Numbered from the stretch's first letter, positions 40,364 through 49,715 are shown. The stretch: DNA of 64,000 bases from an uncultured Eubacteriales bacterium (GCA_934434925.1 CAKSAC010000004.1:67388-131387); one strand, 5' to 3'. The notes: generated by a model from the sequence alone, not told the origin. Translations and numbers: made by a program.

Positions 40364-41563
40364 TTACTCGGTCTGTCCGCCGACAGACGGCGTATATTCG
40401 TGTACCGTCAGATGCACGGTATATTCCTGTCGGCTATAACTGAACGGGTTGATATACTTGACCCGATAGAGTTTTGCCTCCAACACATCCCCGACCTTCG
40501 CAGTCGAAAGCACGGTGCGCACATCCTTATAGCTCGTGATCTCGGAGCCGCCGAGACTGAGAAGAATGTCTCCCGCATTGATCTCGTCTTCGCCCCGGCT
40601 TTGCAGTTCTTCATTATAAAGATAGCCCGAAACCAAAAGACCACCGCCCTGTACCGAAGAAGACGAGTAGGTGATGCCGATATACGGAGTGTCGGAAACA
40701 TATCCCTGCCGGATAATCTGCACGGCACGGTCGAGAGCGAGATCGACCGGAATGGCATATCCGATCGATTCCACGCCGTTTCCGGAGGATTTGGCATTGA
40801 CAATGCCGATCAGTTGTCCGGAAAGGTTGAAAAGCCCGCCGCCGGAATTCCCGGGGCTGACCCCGGCAGAGTGCTGAACCAGCGTCATTGTAACGCCTTC
40901 AACCGTAATACGCCGCGCCAGGCATCCGATAATCCCGTCTGTAATGGTGCCGCCCAGCACGCCGAGCGGGTTTCCGATAGCCGCGACTTCCTGCCCGACC
41001 ACAAGCTCGGAACTCTTCCCGACCTCTGCCGCTTTCAAGCCGGTCTTTTCGATTCGGACAACCGCGATATCCGATTGCCAGTCCGTACCCATTACCGTGG
41101 CCGTATAGCCTTCGCAATCCTGCTCAGTCGTAAAGACTTTAATCGTGCTGTACCCTTCCACCACATGGTTATTGGTCACGATATAGGTATAGGTATCGTC
41201 CGAGCAAAGGATTACGCCGCTCCCGGCTCCGCTCTCTACGGTATTGCCGAAAAAGCGGTTATAAACGGTCGCTTCCGTCGTGATCGAGACTACGGAATCC
41301 AACGCCTTTTGCGCGACATAGACATAGGTGCCGGGCGTTGAGTCGGTCGATTGTGAAGCGCTCTGCTGTTGTATAGTAATATTTACATTATACATCGACT
41401 CTCCCGACTTGGTGTCCTGAGAGGTTCCCTGCGTTGTGGTATCGCCTTTGCTCCCCGTGGGGCCGAGCACCGCACAGGAGGACAGGACGGCACATAGCAG
41501 CACGGCTACCAGCAATACAGAAAGGAGCCGGGTCGATTTTTTGGTCGTATGCGTTTGTTTCAT
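40364..41563 (-). CDS. htrA: HtrA/DegP-family serine protease with PDZ domain
   Basis: N-terminal membrane anchor. Catalytic triad contexts TNNHVV, D, GNSGGGLF. C-terminal PDZ. Confidence 0.9.
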   Translation of the reverse strand: MKQTHTTKKSTRLLSVLLVAVLLCAVLSSCAVLGPTGSKGDTTTQGTSQDTKSGESMYNVNITIQQQSASQSTDSTPGTYVYVAQKALDSVVSITTEATVYNRFFGNTVESGAGSGVILCSDDTYTYIVTNNHVVEGYSTIKVFTTEQDCEGYTATVMGTDWQSDIAVVRIEKTGLKAAEVGKSSELVVGQEVAAIGNPLGVLGGTITDGIIGCLARRITVEGVTMTLVQHSAGVSPGNSGGGLFNLSGQLIGIVNAKSSGNGVESIGYAIPVDLALDRAVQIIRQGYVSDTPYIGITYSSSSVQGGGLLVSGYLYNEELQSRGEDEINAGDILLSLGGSEITSYKDVRTVLSTAKVGDVLEAKLYRVKYINPFSYSRQEYTVHLTVHEYTPSVGGQTE

Positions 41564-41616
41564 GATTATTCCTCCGTTTGATTGGATGGCTCCAGTATAG
41601 ACCCGCTTTGTGAATT

Positions 41617-42084
41617 CTATGTGATGGGCGGAAATTTTTCCTTTGAATTCTGCATTTCGGCATCCAGAAAATCCTGCAAAATGATTTCGGCGGAAAGCGT
41701 ATCCACCACCAAGCGCCGGCGACGGCCGCCGACTCCGGTCGCATGCAGAAATCCGTGTGCTTCCACGGTGGAAAGCCGTTCATCATAAAATCGGATCGGC
41801 AGATCGGTCTTTCCGCCGAGAATCTCTGCAAAAGCGCGGACGCGCGCGGCGCGGGGGCCTTCGCTCCCGTCCATATTGCGCGGCAGGCCGAGAACAATCA
41901 GCACAGCGCCCCGCATCTTTGCCTCTTCGGCGATGCGCGCTGCCGTTTTCATCATTCCGCCGACCGTAATCGTACCGATTCCGCCGGCAAGAAACTGCCC
42001 TTCATCCGACAGAGCAAGGCCCGTGCGCACATCTCCGAGATCAACGCCCAGTACGCGGCCTTTTTTCTCATTCGCGTTTCCCAT
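41617..42084 (-). CDS. ruvX: Holliday junction resolvase-like / pre-16S rRNA nuclease RuvX (YqgF)
   Basis: VLGVDLGDVRTGLALSD start motif, GLPRNMDGSEG, DERLSTVEA. Confidence 0.9.
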   Translation of the reverse strand: MGNANEKKGRVLGVDLGDVRTGLALSDEGQFLAGGIGTITVGGMMKTAARIAEEAKMRGAVLIVLGLPRNMDGSEGPRAARVRAFAEILGGKTDLPIRFYDERLSTVEAHGFLHATGVGGRRRRLVVDTLSAEIILQDFLDAEMQNSKEKFPPIT

Positions 42085-42254
42085 CCAGTCTCCCTCTCTT
42101 CATGGCTTTTCATTCTGTTTTCATTGTAGCATCTTTTTTCTTTTCTGTAAAGCCCTTGCTTTTCATGGCCCGGGCGGATATAATACAAAAGAGCCGTCTG
42201 TCGCTTTTATTCCGGACGGTTGACAATTCCGAAAGATACAGCGGGGGAAAAGAC

Positions 42255-42992
42255 ATGATTCTGATTCTGCATGAACGAAAAGAGGTACGCGACCGGGTAC
42301 AGTTTGCGTTTTATCATCTCGGACTGAATACGGTTGCATCTTCACGCGCCCGCATGGAAAAATTCCTGGACGCTTTTCCTGTCCGCGCCGTTTATCTGCC
42401 TGAAGCCGACACCATTCCCGGTTTGGTGCCGCTCTGCCGGAAATTGCGAAAGGAGCATCCGCTTATCCCCGTTATTCCCGCCGTTACGCCGGAAAAGGCC
42501 GCTGTTATCGGAAAGGAACTGGCTGCATGCACCGCCTCGGTGTTGAAGGTTCCGATTCCGCCTCTGCAAGCGGCCGCCGTTATTCTGGAACATTGCCGCC
42601 TGATTGACGGACGCGATCTTTCCGATCTGCGCGAAGGAGTCCTCGGTGTCAATCTGTACACCGACGACCTGTATTTTTGTTCGATTCCCTGCCCGGCAAC
42701 CGCCGTGGAATGCTCTGTCGCCCGCTATATCCTTGAACAAGCGCCTCGCGCCGTTTCCGATACGGAACTGGCTTTGTCAACCGGGAACCCGCTCAAACGC
42801 CGGAAAGAAGCCTGCGTCCGCACCTATGTTTCAAGAATCAACCGTCTGGCCATGCAGATTATCCGCCGTCCTGCCATTCTCCACATTCAGAAAGAAGGAT
42901 ATTTCCCCGCTCCGTTCGACTTTGAAGAAGGCACGGAGCGCCAGCATCGTGTAAAAGACCGGCCGAAGAAAAGAAAGGCCGAAGCGCCCTGA
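42255..42992 (+). CDS. atypical response-regulator-like protein (degenerate receiver + winged-helix DNA-binding domain)
   Basis: Start at MILILHERKE (GGGGGA RBS). The N-terminus has the receiver beta-alpha pattern but HE replaces the acidic DD pair. The C-terminus ..ECSVARYILEQ..VSDTELA..VRTYVSRINRL resembles an OmpR-type wHTH. Confidence 0.5.
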   Translation: MILILHERKEVRDRVQFAFYHLGLNTVASSRARMEKFLDAFPVRAVYLPEADTIPGLVPLCRKLRKEHPLIPVIPAVTPEKAAVIGKELAACTASVLKVPIPPLQAAAVILEHCRLIDGRDLSDLREGVLGVNLYTDDLYFCSIPCPATAVECSVARYILEQAPRAVSDTELALSTGNPLKRRKEACVRTYVSRINRLAMQIIRRPAILHIQKEGYFPAPFDFEEGTERQHRVKDRPKKRKAEAP

Positions 42993-43000
42993 AAATCCGT

Positions 43001-43072
43001 CCGCCGCAAAGTTCCGTTAAGAAACAAGCTGCCCGCCGCAAAGTTCCGTCAAGAAACAAGCCGCCCGCCGCA
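43001..43072. repeat. 32-bp tandem repeat x2.25 upstream of sigK
   Basis: ccgccgcaaagttccgttaagaaacaagctgc / ccgccgcaaagttccgtcaagaaacaagccgc / ccgccgca. The third, partial copy runs into CATATACT. Confidence 0.9.
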
Positions 43073-43122
43073 TATACTGGTAGAAACGGTTCTCTACCCG
43101 TATGGAAAGGTGGGCTTTTCTC

Positions 43123-43830
43123 ATGGCTTACGCATTCACTTCCCCGGCGTTTCATCTGATCTCTCTGCTGCTCGGCATCGGGAGTCCCCAATCTTTTCCT
43201 CCCCCGCTCCCCAAAAGCGAAGAGGCGGAGCTTTTTTGCAGAATGAAGCAAAAAGACGGTGCCGCCAGACAAAAACTGATTGAACACAATCTCCGGCTCG
43301 TCGCGCATGTCGTCCGCAAATACTATACGTCTTACCACAACCCGGATGAACTCGTTTCGATCGGCAGTCTCGGGCTGATTAAGGCAATCGATTCCTTTAA
43401 TTGCGAAAACGGCGCACGTTTCGCTACATATGCGGCCAAATGCGTTCAGAACGAGATTCTGATGTTTTTCCGTTCGCAAAAACGCCTGTCCTGCGAAGTC
43501 TCCATCAATGAAACCATCGATGTGGACCGTGACGGCAACCCGCTTGCTTATATCGATGTCATCAGTTCCGATGAAAATATCACCAAAGAACTCGATATCA
43601 AGATTCATGCCGAAAAAGCCTACCGGCTGATCGAAGAGGTGCTTGACCCGCGGGAAAGACGCGTGATCATCCTGCGGTACGGTCTCGGGAAAAATCCGCC
43701 CCTGACGCAGCGCCAGGTTGCCGAAGCGATGGGCATTTCGCGTTCCTATGTCAGCCGGATTGAAAAAAAGGCGCTCTCGCGGATGCGGGAACGCTTCGGT
43801 TCTTTCATTCCTTCTTTCGAGGATTCCTGA
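43123..43830 (+). CDS. sigK: sporulation sigma factor SigK (pro-sigma-K), uninterrupted
   Basis: Pro-sequence ..LLLGIGSPQSFPPPLPKSEE, then LIEHNLRLVAHVVRKY, ATYAAKCVQNEILMFFRS and SYVSRIEKKAL. ATG 43123 is preferred over 43102 because the GAAAGGTGGG RBS lies between them. Confidence 0.88.
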   Translation: MAYAFTSPAFHLISLLLGIGSPQSFPPPLPKSEEAELFCRMKQKDGAARQKLIEHNLRLVAHVVRKYYTSYHNPDELVSIGSLGLIKAIDSFNCENGARFATYAAKCVQNEILMFFRSQKRLSCEVSINETIDVDRDGNPLAYIDVISSDENITKELDIKIHAEKAYRLIEEVLDPRERRVIILRYGLGKNPPLTQRQVAEAMGISRSYVSRIEKKALSRMRERFGSFIPSFEDS

Positions 43831-43974
43831 CTTCCAAGGATTCACGAGCGGCACGGATTCCCTCTCTCATTGCATCGTTTTTTCCTTTTTTCGCATGATA
43901 TTTTTTGCATAAAAAAGCCGGAACGACGCACAATAAGGGGCAGAAGCGTTTGCTTTGAAAGGAGAACCGTTAAT

Positions 43975-44199
43975 ATGGTTATGGATAGAATCGCGCTGTT
44001 TCTTACAATCATCGGCGCACTCAACTGGGGAAGCGTCGGCCTCTTCAGTTTTGACATTGTGGCATGGGTCTGCGGAGGACAGGGAACACTGATCGCCCGG
44101 GTGATTTATACCGTGGTGGCTCTTGCGGGCCTTTGGTGTGTTTCGCTTCTCTTCCGTTCGCGGGCGGAGAACGAAGTCACGACCGGAGAAAACCGGTAA
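43975..44199 (+). CDS. DUF378 family small membrane protein
   Basis: Start at MVMDRIALFLTIIGALNWGSVGLF (AAAGGAGAA RBS). Two TM helices typical of DUF378. Confidence 0.8.
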   Translation: MVMDRIALFLTIIGALNWGSVGLFSFDIVAWVCGGQGTLIARVIYTVVALAGLWCVSLLFRSRAENEVTTGENR

Positions 44200-44324
44200 A
44201 AACTGCGGCTCGCGCAGTCTCTTTCAAAAAATCGCGTAAAGTGCGCGCTTGCCGGGGGCAGACGAACAAGATCGTCTGCCTTTCTTCTGCCCGGCGGCCG
44301 AATGCGGGTAAAAACGCTGTGCGG

Positions 44325-44396
44325 CCGGCGCGGGTGGGCATGCCTTTTGTCGGCGCGAAAGCGACCGGCGCGGGTGGGCATGCCTTTTGTCGGCGC
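44325..44396. repeat. 32-nt direct repeat x2 (period 40)
   Basis: ccggcgcgggtgggcatgccttttgtcggcgc occurs at 44325-44356 and again, identical, at 44365-44396. Confidence 0.9.
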
Positions 44397-44427
44397 AGAG
44401 CCGGAACTGCGACGTTTCTCTTCGGTC

Positions 44428-44456
44428 TTGAATTATGCGCGCGCCTGTGGTATACT
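44428..44456 (+). promoter_or_regulatory. sigma-70 promoter TTGAAT-17-TATACT (TG-extended)
   Basis: -35 at 44428-44433, TGg at 44448-44450, -10 at 44451-44456. Upstream of the LysR gene. Confidence 0.65.
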
Positions 44457-44506
44457 GGTCTTGCATATTTCTCTGCTTTTTGAAACCGACAACGGAAGGA
44501 GACAAA

Positions 44507-45436
44507 ATGAACTTATTGTATCTCAAATACGCAATCGAGGTTGCTTCCAGCGGCTCTATCAACAAGGCGGCGGAAAAACTGTACATGGATCAACCGAACC
44601 TCAGCCGCTGTATCAAAGACCTTGAATCCTCTCTCGGCGTCAGCATCTTCGCCCGTTCCGCAAAAGGAATGAAAGTCACGCCCGAAGGAGAGGAATTTCT
44701 GAAATTTGCGGAAAGCATTCTCAAGCAGGTTGACACTGTCGAAAACATGTTCCGGAAAGACTATTCGGAAAAGAAGCGCTTTTCGATCTCCGTGCCGAGA
44801 GCAAGCTATATCTGCGAGGCCTTCTCTGCTTTTTCGCAAAATCTGCCGACCGACGGCGGGTTTGAGATTTTTTACAAAGAAACAAACGCCAACCGGGCCA
44901 TCAAAAACATCCTGGAAGAGAATTATCGCCTCGGGATTCTCCGTTACGCCGAGCATTATGAAAAATATTATAAAGATATGCTGGACAGCCGCGGGATGAC
45001 ATATGAGCTGATTGCCGAATTCCGCTACGAGCTGATTATGAGCAAAGCGTCTCCGCTTGCATCCTTGTCGGAAATCGGTTTTTCGGATCTTGCGGATAAA
45101 ATCGAGATCGCCCATGCGGACCCCTATGTTCCCTCGCTCCCGCTGGCCGAAGTGAAGAAAGAGGAACTGCCCGAAATGGAAAAAAGAATCTTTGTTTTTG
45201 AACGGGCCAGCCAGTTTGAACTGCTCGCCAAAAACCCGAACACCTTCATGTGGGTCTCCCCTGTTCCCGAATCGGTTCTCCATCATTACGGATTGCTGCA
45301 AAGGCGTTGCGCCGAAAATAAAAAAACATATAAAGATTTTCTCGTCCGCAAAAAGGATTATCGGTTGACCGACCTCGATAAATCCTTCATTACCGAACTG
45401 TGCCGTGTGAAACGCGAATTATTCAAAGCGGATTGA
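44507..45436 (+). CDS. LysR-family transcriptional regulator
   Basis: Start at MNLLYLKYAIEVASSGSINKAAEKLYMDQPNLSRCIKDLE (HTH) with a GGAAGGAG RBS. LysR substrate-binding-like C-terminus. Confidence 0.88.
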   Translation: MNLLYLKYAIEVASSGSINKAAEKLYMDQPNLSRCIKDLESSLGVSIFARSAKGMKVTPEGEEFLKFAESILKQVDTVENMFRKDYSEKKRFSISVPRASYICEAFSAFSQNLPTDGGFEIFYKETNANRAIKNILEENYRLGILRYAEHYEKYYKDMLDSRGMTYELIAEFRYELIMSKASPLASLSEIGFSDLADKIEIAHADPYVPSLPLAEVKKEELPEMEKRIFVFERASQFELLAKNPNTFMWVSPVPESVLHHYGLLQRRCAENKKTYKDFLVRKKDYRLTDLDKSFITELCRVKRELFKAD

Positions 45437-45467
45437 CCCTTCGTTTTCAAGTCAAAAACGTCAAAAT

Positions 45468-45506
45468 CCCCGGAAGAAAAAAGATTTTCCGGGGGTTTCT
45501 TTATTT
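45468..45506 (+). terminator. rho-independent terminator after the LysR gene
   Basis: Stem CCCCGGAA (45468-45475) / TTCCGGGG (45487-45494) followed by a T-rich tract. Confidence 0.7.
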
Positions 45507-45610
45507 CGTTCCGCGTTATATCGATACATACAATACCGATATGCGAAATCAACCATTCCGTTTTATGCAAAAATGTTGCATACTGGTAGTGAAAGAAAGG
45601 AGTGGTGCGC

Positions 45611-46201
45611 TTGATATCCAGAGCAACGCTCGGCAGATTGCCGACTTATCTCAAATATCTGCGTTCGCTTCCGCCCTCTGATGAAGAAATCTCCGCGGCC
45701 GCTATTGCGCGATGTCTTTCCCTCGGCGATGTGCAGGTGCGCAAGGACCTGGCCTCGGTCGGAGGAAACGGAAAGCCGAAGGTGGGTTACAGAATCTCCG
45801 AACTGATCGCCTGTATGGAAAGCGTGCTGTCGGACACGGCCCCGCGGGAAGCGGTCATTGTCGGAGCGGGAAAGCTCGGCAGTGCGCTTCTCGGATACAA
45901 CGGGTTTTCCGAATACGGTATCGTCGTTTTGAAAGCGTTTGATACCGACGACGCAAAAATCGGGCAAAATGTCCGGCCGATCGGTGAACTGCACGCCTAT
46001 TGTGCGCTCCATCAGATCGAACTCGGCATTCTGACCGTTCCCCCCGCCGCCGCACAGCAAGCTGCGGAAGAAATGGTGCGGTGCGGAATCCGGGCCATCT
46101 GGTGCTTTTCTTCCGCTCATCTGGAACTTCCGCACGACGTGGTCGTGCAATATGAAAATCTTGCGCTTTCTCTCGCACATCTCCAAGCCAAAACAGAATA
46201 A
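45611..46201 (+). CDS. rex: redox-sensing transcriptional repressor Rex
   Basis: ISRATLGRLPTYLKYL wHTH, then the Rossmann motif VIVGAGKLGSAL. The track start GTG 45602 overlaps the AAGGAG RBS (45597-45602), so in-frame TTG 45611 is preferred. Start is uncertain by 3 codons. Confidence 0.88.
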   Translation: MISRATLGRLPTYLKYLRSLPPSDEEISAAAIARCLSLGDVQVRKDLASVGGNGKPKVGYRISELIACMESVLSDTAPREAVIVGAGKLGSALLGYNGFSEYGIVVLKAFDTDDAKIGQNVRPIGELHAYCALHQIELGILTVPPAAAQQAAEEMVRCGIRAIWCFSSAHLELPHDVVVQYENLALSLAHLQAKTE

Positions 46202-46228
46202 TTTTGATTATATACAAAGGAGGTTTCT

Positions 46229-48943
46229 ATGGAAATCAAGGAAAGGCAGATTGTTGACAACCTGGAAAGCCTGGAAGCGGCCATTGCCCGCGTCCGGGAA
46301 GCGCAACGGGTATTCGCCGCTTACACGCAGGAACAGGTTGACAAAATCTTCAAAGCCGCGGCGATGGCCGCCAACCGGGCGCGGATTCCGCTTGCCAGAC
46401 TGGCGGTGGAAGAGACGGGCATGGGTGTTTTGGAAGACAAGGTCATCAAGAACAACTACGCCGCCGAATATATCTATAATGCTTATAAAAACACCAAAAC
46501 CTGCGGCGTGATTGAAGAAGACCCGGCATACGGCATCAAAAAAATCGCCGAGCCGATCGGCGTCATCGCGGCGGTCATTCCCACGACCAACCCGACATCG
46601 ACCGCAATCTTCAAAGCCCTGCTTGCCTTGAAGACCCGCAACGCCATTATCATCAGCCCCCATCCGAGAGCCAAAAAAGCGACCATCGCCGCCGCCGAGC
46701 TTATTCTGCATGCGGCAGTCGAAGCGGGCGCGCCCGAGGGGATCATCGACTGGATTGATGTTCCGTCGCTCGATATGACAAATCTTGTGATGAAAGAATC
46801 CGACATCATTCTGGCAACGGGCGGCCCCGGCATGGTAAAGGCCGCATATTCTTCCGGGAAACCGGCGCTCGGTGTCGGTGCGGGAAACACGCCGGCCATC
46901 ATCGATGAAACAGCGGACGTTGTTCTCGCCGTCTCGTCGGTCATTCACTCCAAAACCTTTGACAACGGTATGATCTGCGCCTCGGAGCAATCGGTCATCG
47001 TTCATAAGAATATATACGACACGGTCAAGGCCGAATTCGCCGCGAGAGGTTGTTATTTCCTGAATCCGGAAGAGACCGAGAAGGTCCGCAAGACCATCCT
47101 GATCAACGGCGCATTGAACGCAAAAATCGTCGGGCAAAAAGCCGCAAAGATTGCAGAACTCGCGGGGGTCACGGTTCCCGCCGGAACAAAGATTCTGATC
47201 GGCGAAGTGGAAAGCGTGGAGTTATCCGAAGAGTTTGCGCACGAAAAGCTCTCCCCCGTCCTCGCCATGTACCGGGCGGAAGATATTCAGGACGCGTTCA
47301 CCAAAGCGGAACATCTGATTGCCGACGGCGGATACGGCCATACCTCTTCCATTTATCTGAACGCCGAGACCGAGCAGGAAAAACTCCGGGAATTCGCCGC
47401 GCGGATGAAGACCTGCCGGATCCTTGTGAACACCCCTTCCTCTCACGGCGGAATCGGCGATCTTTATAATTTCAAACTCGCGCCGTCCTTAACGCTCGGT
47501 TGCGGTTCCTGGGGAGGCAACAGCGTATCGGAAAATGTGGGCGTCAAGCACCTGATCAATATCAAGACAGTCGCCGAAAGGAGAGAAAACATGCTCTGGT
47601 TCCGCGCTCCCGAAAAAGTTTATATCAAAAAAGGTTGTCTGCCGGTTGCTCTTTCCGAACTCAAAACCGTCATGGGCAAAAAGCGTGCCTTTATCGTCAC
47701 GGACACTTTCCTCTACAACAACGGCTACACAAGACCCATCGAAGAAAAACTCGATGAAATGGGCATCGTCCATGAAACCTTCTTTGATGTCGCGCCCGAC
47801 CCGACGCTGGCCTGCGCAAAAGCCGGCGCGGAACTGATGCGCTCCTTCCGCCCCGATACCATCATCGCGCTCGGCGGCGGGTCTGCCATGGATGCCGGGA
47901 AGATCATGTGGGTCATGTACGAACATCCCGAAGTTGACTTCCAGGATATGGCCATGCGTTTCATCGATATACGCAAGAGAGTTTACACCTTCCCGAAGAT
48001 GGGAGAAAAAGCCTATTTCATCGCCGTTCCGACTTCTGCGGGTACCGGCTCGGAAGTCACCCCCTTCGCCGTAATCACCGATCAGGAGAGCGGTATCAAG
48101 TATCCGCTTGCCGATTACGAACTTCTCCCGAACATGGCAATCATCGACACGGACTTCCACATGACGGCTCCGCGGGGGCTGACCGCCGCATCCGGCATTG
48201 ACGCTGTCTCTCACGCACTGGAAGCCTACGCGTCCGTAATGGCGACCGACTATACCGACGGGCTTGCCAAGCAGGCGTTGAAGACCATCTTCCGATATCT
48301 GCCGAGAGCCTATGATAACGGCCAGACCGATGTGGAAGCAAGAGAGAAAATGGCGAACGCCGCAACCATGGCGGGCATGGCGTTTGCGAACGCGTTTCTC
48401 GGTGTCTGCCACTCGATGGCGCATAAACTCGGCGCGTTCCATCATATCCCGCACGGAGTTGCGAACGCCTTGATGCTGGAAGAAGTCCTCCGCTTCAACT
48501 CTGCCGAAGCTCCTGTCAAAATGGGTACCTTCTCGCAATATGATCACCCGCACACCCTTGAAAGATATGCCGAAATTGCCGACGCGCTCGGCCTCGGCGG
48601 CAAGACCGACACGGAAAAACTGAAAAATCTCATCAAAGCCGTCAATGACCTCAAAGCAAGAGTCGGGATCAAACCGACAATCCGGGATTATGTTCCCGAC
48701 GAAGCGGGTTTCCTCGCCAGCCTTGACGAGATGACCGAGCAGGCGTTCGACGATCAATGCACAGGCGCAAACCCGAGATACCCGCTCATGAGCGAGATCC
48801 GGCAGATGTACCTCAACGCCTACTACGGCAAGCACTTTGTCGAACCCGATATGCCCCGGGCGGCCGGCGTTTCCGTCGCAGATGACGCGCACAATTTCAA
48901 GCAGGCATTCCGCCGCGCAAAAAGCGGAATGAACAAAGCATAA
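46229..48943 (+). CDS. adhE: bifunctional acetaldehyde-CoA / alcohol dehydrogenase
   Basis: 904 aa. N-terminal ALDH domain (catalytic FDNGMICASEQ) and C-terminal iron-ADH domain (GGGSAMDAGK, HxxxH region CHSMAHKLG). Confidence 0.95.
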   Translation: MEIKERQIVDNLESLEAAIARVREAQRVFAAYTQEQVDKIFKAAAMAANRARIPLARLAVEETGMGVLEDKVIKNNYAAEYIYNAYKNTKTCGVIEEDPAYGIKKIAEPIGVIAAVIPTTNPTSTAIFKALLALKTRNAIIISPHPRAKKATIAAAELILHAAVEAGAPEGIIDWIDVPSLDMTNLVMKESDIILATGGPGMVKAAYSSGKPALGVGAGNTPAIIDETADVVLAVSSVIHSKTFDNGMICASEQSVIVHKNIYDTVKAEFAARGCYFLNPEETEKVRKTILINGALNAKIVGQKAAKIAELAGVTVPAGTKILIGEVESVELSEEFAHEKLSPVLAMYRAEDIQDAFTKAEHLIADGGYGHTSSIYLNAETEQEKLREFAARMKTCRILVNTPSSHGGIGDLYNFKLAPSLTLGCGSWGGNSVSENVGVKHLINIKTVAERRENMLWFRAPEKVYIKKGCLPVALSELKTVMGKKRAFIVTDTFLYNNGYTRPIEEKLDEMGIVHETFFDVAPDPTLACAKAGAELMRSFRPDTIIALGGGSAMDAGKIMWVMYEHPEVDFQDMAMRFIDIRKRVYTFPKMGEKAYFIAVPTSAGTGSEVTPFAVITDQESGIKYPLADYELLPNMAIIDTDFHMTAPRGLTAASGIDAVSHALEAYASVMATDYTDGLAKQALKTIFRYLPRAYDNGQTDVEAREKMANAATMAGMAFANAFLGVCHSMAHKLGAFHHIPHGVANALMLEEVLRFNSAEAPVKMGTFSQYDHPHTLERYAEIADALGLGGKTDTEKLKNLIKAVNDLKARVGIKPTIRDYVPDEAGFLASLDEMTEQAFDDQCTGANPRYPLMSEIRQMYLNAYYGKHFVEPDMPRAAGVSVADDAHNFKQAFRRAKSGMNKA

Positions 48944-48954
48944 GGAGAGAAAGT

Positions 48955-49704
48955 ATGAATCTTGACAGAATTATCGCGGTCAGAAACAATAAAACCGTCT
49001 ACCGCGACGGCGACCTCTGCATGAAGGTGTTTGACGCGTCGTATTCCAAAGCCGACGTGCTGAATGAAGCGTTGAACCAGGCGAGAGTCGAAGAAACAGA
49101 CCTGCACGTTCCGAAAATTCACGAAGTGACAATCATCGACGGGAAATGGACGATCGTGACCGATTATATCAAAGGAAAAACGCTTGCGCAACTGATGCAG
49201 GAGAACCCGGAAAAGAAAAACGAATACCTGGAACTCTTCGTTGATCTGCAAATGGAAGTGCAATCAAAGACCTGCCCCCTGCTCACAAAACTGAAAGACA
49301 AGATGAACCGGAAAATCTCACAGACGGATTTTGACGCGACTACGCGCTATGAGTTGCACACCCGTCTTGACGGCATGCCGAAACACACAAAACTCTGCCA
49401 CGGCGATTTCTCCCCCCAAAACATCATCATCCGGGAAGACGGAACGCCTTTTATTCTCGACTGGGCGCATGCAACACAGGGAAACGCCTCCGCCGATGTG
49501 GCAAGGACCTATCTGCTCTTCTGGCTGGACGGAGACATTGACGGGGCGGAAAAATACCTCGACCTGTTCTGCGCGAAAAGCCATACCGAGAAGCAGTACG
49601 TTCAGAAATGGATGCCGATTGTCGCGGCTTCCCAAACGGTCAAGGGCAATGAAAAAGAACGCGAATTTCTCCATTCATGGGTAGATGTCGTTGATTACGA
49701 ATAA
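48955..49704 (+). CDS. aminoglycoside-phosphotransferase / choline-kinase-fold protein kinase-like protein
   Basis: 249 aa. Brenner-type catalytic loop CHGDFSPQNIII and metal-binding ILDW. Small N-lobe with an invariant-Lys-like CMKVF. Confidence 0.7.
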   Translation: MNLDRIIAVRNNKTVYRDGDLCMKVFDASYSKADVLNEALNQARVEETDLHVPKIHEVTIIDGKWTIVTDYIKGKTLAQLMQENPEKKNEYLELFVDLQMEVQSKTCPLLTKLKDKMNRKISQTDFDATTRYELHTRLDGMPKHTKLCHGDFSPQNIIIREDGTPFILDWAHATQGNASADVARTYLLFWLDGDIDGAEKYLDLFCAKSHTEKQYVQKWMPIVAASQTVKGNEKEREFLHSWVDVVDYE

Positions 49705-49715
49705 AGGAGTATGAA

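Noticed and set aside
43102-43830. Interruption of sigK by a skin-like element.
   Set aside because: The ORF is continuous from the pro-sequence through region 4.2 (SYVSRIEKKAL), and no recombinase is nearby.
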